A stretch of 64,000 nt of DNA, taken from assembly GCA_045655185.1 (NCBI GenBank), contig JAZOOS010000014.1, positions 14,938 to 78,937 on the forward strand, read 5' to 3'. Of this stretch, positions 28,089 through 35,282 are shown piece by piece. The translations under genes were made by a program, and so were the position numbers. Numbering within the stretch: the first letter of the stretch is position 1; each line of letters starts with the position of its first letter. The stretch is from Eubacteriales bacterium. GTDB taxonomy: Bacteria; Bacillota; Clostridia; Oscillospirales; CAG-272. The notes below the pieces were generated by a model. That model saw only the letters and a program-made list of their open reading frames with translations. It had not been told where the DNA came from and made no database searches.

Positions 28089-28172
28089 GCTCTTGCCATG
28101 CAAGAGCTTGCTTCAAAAGTGGAATTATCCCAACCAACAAAAAAGGACTGCGTGTGCAGTCCTTTTTTGTTG
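28089..28172 (-). repeat. tRNA-Gln-like degenerate repeat, copy C (terminator-like hairpin plus 5' block only)
   Basis: Minus strand: CAACAAAAAAGGACTGC-acac-GCAGTCCTTTTTTGTTG, then TTGGGATAATTCCACTTTTGAAGCAAGCTCTTGCATGGCAAGAGC. The 5' block is near-identical to blocks at 30188-30250 and 30380-30443. Confidence 0.7.
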
Positions 28173-28346
28173 CGATAAACGTGCGAAAAGGTGTCTAAAT
28201 AAGGAAAAAAACGAAGAAAATGTCAACTTGTTTTAATAATTCAGTTAATTTTAATTTTGAATTATTGTCACGGGTGTCACATCATTACTGAAATCATACT
28301 AATGCCAAAGGCGTGGATTCCTTCCGTAAAATAGCTTAAGTAATAT

Positions 28347-28850
28347 TCAACTGAGATATTTCTTTTCAAACTCGAAGTTCATTTTTTTAAATGGAAAATC
28401 CAGCTTGTAATCTTCCCCCTTGCATGTCTTATATAATCTTATTCGTATTTTTATCAAGGCAATGACCAAAGGAAATATTTTTTCAAGGCAAAGTATTGCA
28501 TATTCACTGCAAGACGGAACACACATGCATCTTTGCCGAGTTTCCTCTTTTGCATAATGCTGATAGCATTTCACTGTTTGAACCAAACAGAATCTTACAT
28601 ATAATTCGAATATGAAAAGAAGCAAAAGGAGAAACACGAGTATACTATGCACTGTAGAAGTCTTCTGCCAAACAAATGAGAAAAGAATTGCACAAAGCAA
28701 CAGTAACGGTATAGTAGAAAACAATAAGATTACGTGCCACTTTTTTGTATCTGGCCTTTTAAATTGCCTTCGGCAGATGAATTGCTCAAGTTTTCTCTGT
28801 TTTGCATATTCCTTTCGGCAAAGATGAACATCCGCTTGAATAGATGACAT
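28347..28850 (-). CDS. 2-TM membrane protein with C-terminal YidD-like (PF01809, haemolytic domain) module
   Basis: 167 aa. CYQHY..RQRCMCVPSCSEYAILCLEK..RLYKTC matches the YidD pattern YQ-x(n)-CRF-x-P[ST]CSxY..A...R..RC. TAATG overlap with the upstream gene. Low GC. Confidence 0.65.
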   Translation of the reverse strand: MSSIQADVHLCRKEYAKQRKLEQFICRRQFKRPDTKKWHVILLFSTIPLLLLCAILFSFVWQKTSTVHSILVFLLLLLFIFELYVRFCLVQTVKCYQHYAKEETRQRCMCVPSCSEYAILCLEKIFPLVIALIKIRIRLYKTCKGEDYKLDFPFKKMNFEFEKKYLS

Positions 28851-29491
28851 TAGTTCTTCTTATCTGAGAAAGAGATACAGCCGGCCTTCTTAGGCATTTC
28901 ATAGGAAGGATCGACCTTCTTAATCTTTTCAGCGTAGAACTCAGCCTCTCCCTTAGGAGGATAAGCGTACCACTTCTGTGCGAGCGATACGTATTCTTTC
29001 CAAGCCAATACAGCAATTGCTATAGCGCCGTTATCGCCGTTATAAAGCTTTTCGATTTCGTTACCAAGATCGCGTATTGCAAACATACCATTCTTACAAG
29101 TGGAAACGATTGCGTTCTGATCAAACACCTTAACGTAAGAATCTCCGACCTTGGTTTCGTGGTTCTTTTTGTTCATATATCTGTTCAAGGACCATGCCTC
29201 CGGAATAAATGCATTCACTATTTCGGAAATGGTTGCATACTGCTCTGTCACCGAAGCGTCGGAATTTTTTACCATCTTGATTGCCGATAAAACTACCTGG
29301 CATACGTTAGAAAATCTCTTGGGGATTTCTCCGTTTTGGCCTTCATACAATGCATAAAAAGCATAGAAAAATTTTGCTTCGCCGTCATCGGGATTTTCTT
29401 CTCTGGCCTTGTTGTAGTAGGTTTTTGCATCTTCACTGTTACCTTCTGCGCGCGCCTGACGTGCTAAGGTTAAGTACTTGTTGTTTTCCAT
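28850..29491 (-). CDS. hypothetical soluble protein with TPR-like N-terminus (213 aa)
   Basis: Start trimmed to MENNKYLTLARQARAEGNSEDAKTYYNKA (ATG 29491, AAGGAGAG upstream). No TM segments. Low GC. Confidence 0.65.
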   Translation of the reverse strand: MENNKYLTLARQARAEGNSEDAKTYYNKAREENPDDGEAKFFYAFYALYEGQNGEIPKRFSNVCQVVLSAIKMVKNSDASVTEQYATISEIVNAFIPEAWSLNRYMNKKNHETKVGDSYVKVFDQNAIVSTCKNGMFAIRDLGNEIEKLYNGDNGAIAIAVLAWKEYVSLAQKWYAYPPKGEAEFYAEKIKKVDPSYEMPKKAGCISFSDKKN

Positions 29492-29515
29492 AGAGGTTCT
29501 CTCCTTAATGTTATT

Positions 29516-29558
29516 ATTCCAAATCGGAATTATATGCATTATAATTCCAATTCGGAAT
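29516..29558. promoter_or_regulatory. two copies of a 15-bp palindromic operator ATTCCAA(A/T)TCGGAAT
   Basis: Copies at 29516-29530 and 29544-29558, plus a half-site ATTCC at 29584-29588. All lie in the divergent XRE/operon intergenic region. Confidence 0.55.
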
Positions 29559-29566
29559 TTTGTCAA
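29538..29566 (-). promoter_or_regulatory. perfect consensus promoter of the TPR-like/YidD-like operon
   Basis: Minus strand TTGACA (29561-29566), exactly 17 nt, TATAAT (29538-29543). The whole spacer is operator copy 2. Confidence 0.6.
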
Positions 29567-29616
29567 GGCTTTTTCGATATATAATTCCAAAAAAGAATAA
29601 AAAAAGAAGGCTTTTT

Positions 29617-29892
29617 ATGAAAGTTCGCAAAAAAGAATATGGAAATGCCAATATGGTTGGCAAGAAAATCGAGCAATTGAGGAAAGACAAGGGAATCAAG
29701 CAAAAGGATTTTATTGCAAAAATGCAAGTAATGGAGTGCGATATTAATCCAACCAGCTATTCAAAGCTTGAGGGGCAAGTGCGAAGCGCAACCGACAAGG
29801 AGATATTTGTAATATCAAAAATACTTGATGTGCCAATGGAATCCTTGTTTGGAGAATTAGATATAGAAGAAAAAAGAATGCCGTTGGAATGA
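29617..29892 (+). CDS. XRE-family (HTH_3) transcriptional regulator
   Basis: GKKIEQLRKDKGIKQKDFIAKM...SYSKLEG...KEIFVISKILDVPMESLF is a classic Cro/C1 HTH. An alternative start is ATG 29653. Confidence 0.8.
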   Translation: MKVRKKEYGNANMVGKKIEQLRKDKGIKQKDFIAKMQVMECDINPTSYSKLEGQVRSATDKEIFVISKILDVPMESLFGELDIEEKRMPLE

Positions 29893-29940
29893 ACGCAGAC
29901 TCACGATAAGATACAAGAGCGGCTTGGATAAACAAACAAA

Positions 29941-29982
29941 GAACGTTTGTCAGCAGACAAACTTTCTTTGTTTATTAGCTGA
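29941..29982 (+). terminator. terminator of the XRE gene
   Basis: CAAAGAACGTTTGTC-agca-GACAAACTTTCTTTG followed by TTTATT. Confidence 0.55.
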
Positions 29983-29983
29983 A

Positions 29984-30279
29984 ATAGTTGGGTATTCGCC
30001 TGTGGCAGATAACCAAGCGTGCACGAGTCTGAGCTTGCACAAGCGAGGCACGCGCAGGTTGCTCTGCGAGCACTTCGACACCGTCGAAGTAAGCCAAGGG
30101 GCGGCGCCACCACGGCGGCGCGCTCGCGGAGAGCAAGATTTTTCGCCGAGAAATCGCCTCGCGAGCGGGCGATGTTCTTTCGGCTCAAATGTGAACCAAC
30201 GCTCTTGCCATGCAAGAGCTTGCTTCAAAAGTGGAATTATCCCAACCAACCAAAAGGGCACGCCGAAGCGTGCCTTTGG
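29984..30279 (-). repeat. tRNA-Gln-like degenerate repeat, copy B (hairpin + 5' block + about 180-nt GC-rich insert + 3' block)
   Basis: Minus strand: CCAAAGGCACGC-ttcg-GCGTGCCCTTTTGG; then TTGGGATAATTCCAC..GCTCTTGC-atg-GCAAGAGC GTTGGTTCACATT; then the insert; then GCCACAGGCGAATACCCAACTAT. Confidence 0.7.
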
Positions 30280-30298
30280 CTTTCGTTTGAATCAGCGA

Positions 30299-30473
30299 TT
30301 GGGATAGTTGGGTATTCGCCTGTGGCGAAGATTCTTCGGCTTGCCGCCGATCAGCAAGCTATCGTCGCTCTGCGCCGAGAATGTGAACCAACGCCCTTGC
30401 CGTGCAAGAGCTTGCTTCAAAAGTGGAATTATCCCAACCAACCAAAAGGGCACGCCGAAGCGTGCCCTTTTGG
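30299..30473 (-). repeat. tRNA-Gln-like degenerate repeat, copy A (hairpin + 5' block + about 55-nt insert + 3' block)
   Basis: Same architecture as copy B. Begins TTGGGATA and ends CCAACTATCCCAA, so its two ends can form the same acceptor/T-stem pairs as the adjacent real tRNA-Gln. Confidence 0.7.
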
Positions 30474-30474
30474 T

Positions 30475-30551
30475 TGGCTGGGATAGTTGGATTTGAACCA
30501 ACGAAATGCCAGAGTCAAAGTCTGGTGCCTTAACCGCTTGGCTATATCCCA
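30475..30551 (-). tRNA. tRNA-Gln (anticodon TTG), CCA encoded
   Basis: Minus strand TGGGATATAGCCAAGCGGTTAAGGCACCAGACTTTGACTCTGGCATTTCGTTGGTTCAAATCCAACTATCCCAGCCA. Acceptor TGGGATA/TATCCCA, anticodon loop CTTTGAC, T-arm GTTGG-TTCAAAT-CCAAC. Confidence 0.95.
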
Positions 30552-30749
30552 ATAACGCAAAAGAGTATACCATATTTTTCGGTCGGTGTCAATCACCTTT
30601 TCGGTTATTTTTCGTTTTTTTGCAAAAAGAACGTTTTCGGGGCGAATGCGCCGCGGAAACGGTTTTTCTTGCGTTTTGGGAAGCGACGTAGTATAATGAT
30701 AGAAGAATTCGGACAAAGAAGAGGCCGTCAGCCTTTGGGGAGATACCGT

Positions 30750-31268
30750 ATGGAAGAGAAAAGACCCTTTGAAATAGAACGGAAATTTTTGATCGAGATG
30801 CCGAAAGAGGCCGATCTTCTTTCAATGGAAGGGGCTTTTTGCGACGAGATCCTGCAAACCTATCTCGTATCCCGAGGTGGGCTTACCCATCGTGTGCGGC
30901 GGCGTGCGCACGGCGGCGAGGTTGGCTATACCGAGACCAAAAAGACCCGCCTTACCGATCTATCCTGTATTGAGGAGGAGCGGCAGATCGGGAAAGAGGA
31001 ATACGAGGCGCTCTTGCGCCTTGCGGACGGGGCGCTTTCCCCCATTGAAAAGAAGCGGTATTGCATTCCGTACGGCGGGCGCCTGTTGGAGGTGGATATC
31101 TACCCCTTCTGGCAAAGAAGCGCTGTTTTGGAGGTGGAGCTTCCCACCGAGGAGGCCGCCTTTTCTCTGCCGCCCTTTATCCGTGTGATTCGCGAGGTAA
31201 GCGGAGAGGTGGCCTACAAGAACCTTTCGTTGGCCCGACGTATACCCAACGAGCCCGAATTCTTGTGA
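30750..31268 (+). CDS. CYTH-domain protein (CyaB/thiamine-triphosphatase-like)
   Basis: Start at MEEKRPFEIERKFL (the EIERKFL motif is the CYTH signature). 172 aa. Confidence 0.85.
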   Translation: MEEKRPFEIERKFLIEMPKEADLLSMEGAFCDEILQTYLVSRGGLTHRVRRRAHGGEVGYTETKKTRLTDLSCIEEERQIGKEEYEALLRLADGALSPIEKKRYCIPYGGRLLEVDIYPFWQRSAVLEVELPTEEAAFSLPPFIRVIREVSGEVAYKNLSLARRIPNEPEFL

Positions 31269-31403
31269 AAAAACGCTTTTTATAAAATAATAAGAAGAAA
31301 AAAACGAAAATAAAAAAGCCGTAAAAACGGTTATTTCATCGGCTTTTTGTTATTCTTTACGAAAAAAGGGTGAAAAAAAGGGGGATATTTCCCGAAAAAG
31401 GGC

Positions 31404-31432
31404 TTGCTTTTTTTGAACAAATCGTGTACAAT
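31404..31432 (+). promoter_or_regulatory. promoter upstream of the purine riboswitch
   Basis: TTGCTT, 17-nt spacer, TACAAT, about 30 nt upstream of the aptamer. Confidence 0.5.
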
Positions 31433-31461
31433 AAGAAGCAAGTTACAGAAGCAGAAGAAAT

Positions 31462-31597
31462 CCAATATAAATTCGGAATATCGGCCCGAACGTTTCTACC
31501 GCACGCCAAAGATGCGACTATTGGTTCCCCTTCTTTTTTCTTTATTTGTTTAGGGGTTTTTGGCAGTCGCACGGTACAACGGGGCGTCTGCTTTTTT
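31462..31597 (+). promoter_or_regulatory. purine (guanine/xanthine-type) riboswitch with terminator expression platform
   Basis: Aptamer 31462-31524. P1 CCAATA/TATTGG, P2 TTCGG/CCGAA, conserved J2/3 GTTTCTACC, J3/1 GAC with C at the specificity position. Terminator GCAGTCGC/GCGTCTGC + T7 at 31562-31597. Directly upstream of xpt. Confidence 0.8.
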
Positions 31598-31614
31598 TGA
31601 TTTTTGGGGGAGCT

Positions 31615-32190
31615 ATGAAGGCACTGGAAGAGAAGATCCGCCGCGAGGGCGTTGTACTGACCGAGGATATCTTAAAGGTTGGCAGCTTTTTGAACCAGCA
31701 GGTTGACGCCGCCTTTATGTTAGAGATCGGGCAGGAGATCGCGCGCCTTTTCAAAGAGGACAAGGTCGATAAGGTCTTAACGCTCGAATCCTCGGGCATC
31801 ATTATGTCGGTGCCGGCGGCCGCCGCGCTCGGCGTACCGCTTCTTATCGCCAAAAAGAGCCCTGCTTCTACCCAAACCGGGAAGACCTATTCCTCAAAGG
31901 TCACCTCCTTTACCCACGGAAACACCTATTTCGCGACGGTCGGCGCCGAATACCTCAAGGCGGGTGAGCGCGTTCTGATCGTAGACGATTTTTTGGCCCG
32001 CGGGGCGGCCCTTGTCGGTCTTTGCGATATCGTAAAGCAGGCGGGTGCCGTGGCTGTCGGCGCGGCGATCGTGATCGAAAAGCAGTATCAAGGCGGCGGG
32101 GACAAGCTGCGCGCCGAAGGGCTGCGGATCGAATCGCTTGCTAAGATCGTGAAAATGAGCCCTACGGAGGGCATCACCTTTGCCGATTAA
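31615..32190 (+). CDS. xpt: xanthine phosphoribosyltransferase
   Basis: Start at MKALEEKIRREG (GGGGGAG upstream). PRPP-binding VLIVDDFLARG motif. 191 aa. Confidence 0.9.
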   Translation: MKALEEKIRREGVVLTEDILKVGSFLNQQVDAAFMLEIGQEIARLFKEDKVDKVLTLESSGIIMSVPAAAALGVPLLIAKKSPASTQTGKTYSSKVTSFTHGNTYFATVGAEYLKAGERVLIVDDFLARGAALVGLCDIVKQAGAVAVGAAIVIEKQYQGGGDKLRAEGLRIESLAKIVKMSPTEGITFAD

Positions 32191-32258
32191 ATCGGCCAAA
32201 AACGGTTACAAGGGCAAAGCCCTGTAAATAAAAAACAAAAAAGCGGAGGAAACCCAAA

Positions 32259-33488
32259 ATGAAAAGAATTCTTTCTTTGATCCTGGTCGTTGCCATGCTC
32301 GCTACCGGTATGCTGATGTTTGCATCCTGCGGCGGCAAAAACCCTGGCGATGTCAAGGCTGCTCTGATTGCCCTTCACGGCACAGATTCTACCTATGACA
32401 AAAACTTTATCGATGCTTTCAAGCAGGCTTGCCAGAACAAGGGCCTGAAAGAGGAGAACTACAAGATCATCGTCAATATTCCCGAAGGCACCGAGTGCTA
32501 TAACGAGGCTGCCAACTTTGCCGATGAAGGATTTGACATCATCTTTGCCGACTCCTTCGGTCATGAGTCGTTTATGATTCAGGCTGCCGAGGAGTTCCCG
32601 GAGGTTCAGTTCTGCCACGCCACCGGTACGCGCGCTCACACCGAGAACCTTTCTAACTTCCAGAACGCCTTTGCCTCGATCTACGAGGGCCGTTACCTTG
32701 CCGGTGTTGCCGCCGGTATGAAGCTTGTTGAGCTTTACGGTGATGCCGAGGGCAACGTCAGCGATGCCAACGCCAAGATCGGCTACGTCGGCGCTTTCCC
32801 CTATGCCGAGGTTAAATCGGGTTACACCTCCTTCTTCCTGGGCGTTCAGTCCATCGTTCCCAATGCCACGATGGAAGTTCGCTTCACCAACTCTTGGTAC
32901 AGCCCGCTGAGAGAAAAGACTGCCGCCGAGGCTCTGATTGACGCCGGCTGCAAGCTGATCTCGCAGCACGCCGACTCGATGGGTGCCCCCAATGCCTGTG
33001 AGACTGCCGGTATCCCCAACGTTGCTTACAACGGCACCACCGGTAAGGAAAACACCTTCATCATCGCTTCCAAGATCAACTGGGTCCCCTACTTCGAGTA
33101 CATGCTCGATTGCGTTATCAACGGCGAGGACATCATGGCTGACTACACCGGTACTATCGCGACCGGCTCGGTCGAGATCACGGTTCTTGGCGACGCTGCC
33201 GCCGAGGGCACCCAGGCTAAGCTCAACGAAGTCAAGGCCAAGCTGAACGACGGTACCCTGAAGGTCTTCGATTGCTCGAAGTTCACCGTTGACGGCCAGC
33301 ACCTCACCACCTACAAGGCTGACGTTGACGATGCGGGCGATTTCATTCCCGAAACCGAGGTCATCAAGACCGAAAACGGCGTTACCTACTTTGCCGAGAG
33401 CTTCTATCGCTCGGCCCCCTACTTCGATATCGACATCGACGGTATCACCATCGGCTCCAACGTTGATAACATTCCGGAGTTTGAATAA
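32259..33488 (+). CDS. BMP-family (PnrA/Med-like) nucleoside-binding lipoprotein of ABC transporter
   Basis: Lipoprotein signal MKRILSLILVVAMLATGMLMFASCGG. 409 aa. Followed by a cognate ABC ATPase and two permeases. Confidence 0.9.
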   Translation: MKRILSLILVVAMLATGMLMFASCGGKNPGDVKAALIALHGTDSTYDKNFIDAFKQACQNKGLKEENYKIIVNIPEGTECYNEAANFADEGFDIIFADSFGHESFMIQAAEEFPEVQFCHATGTRAHTENLSNFQNAFASIYEGRYLAGVAAGMKLVELYGDAEGNVSDANAKIGYVGAFPYAEVKSGYTSFFLGVQSIVPNATMEVRFTNSWYSPLREKTAAEALIDAGCKLISQHADSMGAPNACETAGIPNVAYNGTTGKENTFIIASKINWVPYFEYMLDCVINGEDIMADYTGTIATGSVEITVLGDAAAEGTQAKLNEVKAKLNDGTLKVFDCSKFTVDGQHLTTYKADVDDAGDFIPETEVIKTENGVTYFAESFYRSAPYFDIDIDGITIGSNVDNIPEFE

Positions 33489-33513
33489 AAAAGCATAACG
33501 TTAAAAGCATAAT

Positions 33514-33547
33514 GGCGGAGCCTTGGCTCCGCCTTATGCCGTCTTTT
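33514..33547 (+). terminator. intra-operon hairpin after the binding-protein gene (possible partial terminator or mRNA stabiliser)
   Basis: GGCGGAG-ccttgg-CTCCGCC followed by a weak T-tract (TTATGCCGTCTTTT). Confidence 0.3.
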
Positions 33548-33584
33548 AGCCCCCCGACCTATTTCCCTTTACGGAGGACAAATC

Positions 33585-35282
33585 GTGGAAAAACAACCTA
33601 TTATTGAGCTGCAGGGCATTACCAAAACCTTCGGCAAGGTAATCGCCAATCACAACGTAACCATGGATATTCGCAAGGGCGAGATCCTTTCGGTCCTTGG
33701 CGAAAACGGGTGCGGAAAAACCACCCTGATGAATATGATCGCGGGGATCTATTATCCCGATGCGGGTAAGATCCTTATTAACGGCGAAGAGGCTAAGATC
33801 ACCTCTCCCCGTGACGCTTTTTCCTATAAGATCGGTATGATCCATCAGCATTTTAAGCTGATCGACGTCTTTTCGGCCACCGAAAACATCGTTTTGGGGG
33901 TTGAGGACGGTAAATACAATTTAAAAGAGGCCAAAGCCCGTATTCTCGCCATGAGTGAAAAATACGGTTTCCATATAGATCCCGATAAAAAGATCCACGA
34001 GATGTCGGTTTCCGAAAAGCAGACGGTAGAGATCATTAAGGTGCTCTACCGTGGTGCGGATATTCTGATCCTTGACGAGCCGACGGCGGTTCTCACCCCC
34101 CAGGAGATCCGTATGCTTTTCAACGTTCTGCGCGCCATGCGCGAAGACGGGAAGTCGATCGTTATCATCACCCATAAGCTCAACGAGGTTATGGAGATAT
34201 CGGATCGCGTAGCCGTCCTTCGCAAGGGTGAGCATATCGCCACCGTCAACACCGCCGATACCAATGAGCAAGCGCTGACCGAGATGATGGTCGGTCAGAA
34301 GATCGAGCTGAATATTGACCGCCCGATGCCTCGAGGGGTAGCGGATAGGCTTGAGATCAAGAATCTTTCCCTCGTGAACGCGGAAGGCGTAGAGGTTCTG
34401 CACGATATCAACTTTACGGCGCGGTCCGGCGAGATCCTCGGTATCGCGGGTATTGCGGGATCGGGCCAGCGTGAGCTTCTTGAGTCCATTGCGGGATTAA
34501 AGCAGCTTGAATCGGGCGAGGTCATTTTTACCCGTCCGAAAAAGAATCTTCCCGTATCCTTTTATCACAAAACGCTTGCCGAGGTCAAAGCCCTTGCCGC
34601 CGCCGGTAAATTCCATTATGAGGATGGCTCACCGGTCAGCTTTGACGGGAAGAGCAATAAGGAGATCCGCAACCTCGTGAATGCCGGCAAGGTTCTTTTC
34701 AATGAGGATGACGTGATGAGCCTGCGCGATAAAACGCCGCTTCAGATCCGTGAGCTGGGCGTTCGCCTTTCCTTCGTACCCGAGGACCGCCTCGGGATGG
34801 GCCTTGTCGGTAATATGGATATCGTTGATAACATGATGCTTCGCAGCTACCGCCGCGGAAAGTCGGTCTTCGTCGACCGTCATAAGCCCGCCGAGCTTGC
34901 CGAAACCATCATCAAGGATCTACAGGTATCGACCCCCGACAGCCATACCGCCGTCCGTAAGCTTTCGGGCGGTAACGTACAAAAGGTTCTCGTCGGGCGT
35001 GAGATCGCGGCGGCCCCCGCCGTCTTAATGGCGGCTTACCCCGTACGGGGCTTGGATATCAATTCGTCCTACACCATTTACAATCTTCTCACCAAGCAGA
35101 AGGAAAAGGGTGTGGCCGTTCTCTTCGTTGGCGAGGATCTTGACGTGCTTTTGGCGCTTTGCGACCGTATTATGGTCATCAGCGGCGGTAAGATCACGGG
35201 TGTCGTAGATGCCCGTACCGCCAAGAAGGACGAGATCGGCCTTTTGATGGTAAAATCCAAAAAGAAGGAGGAGGAAGCATGA
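33585..35282 (+). CDS. ABC transporter ATP-binding protein, duplicated NBD (nucleoside/sugar type)
   Basis: GTG start with GGAGG upstream. Walker A GENGCGKTT and GIAGSGQ, Walker B ILILDEPT. 565 aa. Confidence 0.9.
   Translation: MEKQPIIELQGITKTFGKVIANHNVTMDIRKGEILSVLGENGCGKTTLMNMIAGIYYPDAGKILINGEEAKITSPRDAFSYKIGMIHQHFKLIDVFSATENIVLGVEDGKYNLKEAKARILAMSEKYGFHIDPDKKIHEMSVSEKQTVEIIKVLYRGADILILDEPTAVLTPQEIRMLFNVLRAMREDGKSIVIITHKLNEVMEISDRVAVLRKGEHIATVNTADTNEQALTEMMVGQKIELNIDRPMPRGVADRLEIKNLSLVNAEGVEVLHDINFTARSGEILGIAGIAGSGQRELLESIAGLKQLESGEVIFTRPKKNLPVSFYHKTLAEVKALAAAGKFHYEDGSPVSFDGKSNKEIRNLVNAGKVLFNEDDVMSLRDKTPLQIRELGVRLSFVPEDRLGMGLVGNMDIVDNMMLRSYRRGKSVFVDRHKPAELAETIIKDLQVSTPDSHTAVRKLSGGNVQKVLVGREIAAAPAVLMAAYPVRGLDINSSYTIYNLLTKQKEKGVAVLFVGEDLDVLLALCDRIMVISGGKITGVVDARTAKKDEIGLLMVKSKKKEEEA

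Noticed and set aside
30019-30486. 155-aa and other ORFs (29901-30215, 29924-30307, 29950-30261, 30292-30573) across the tRNA-Gln-like repeats.
   Set aside because: They read through repeated, hairpin-rich non-coding units in several overlapping frames and on both strands. The repeated peptide segments merely mirror the DNA repeats.
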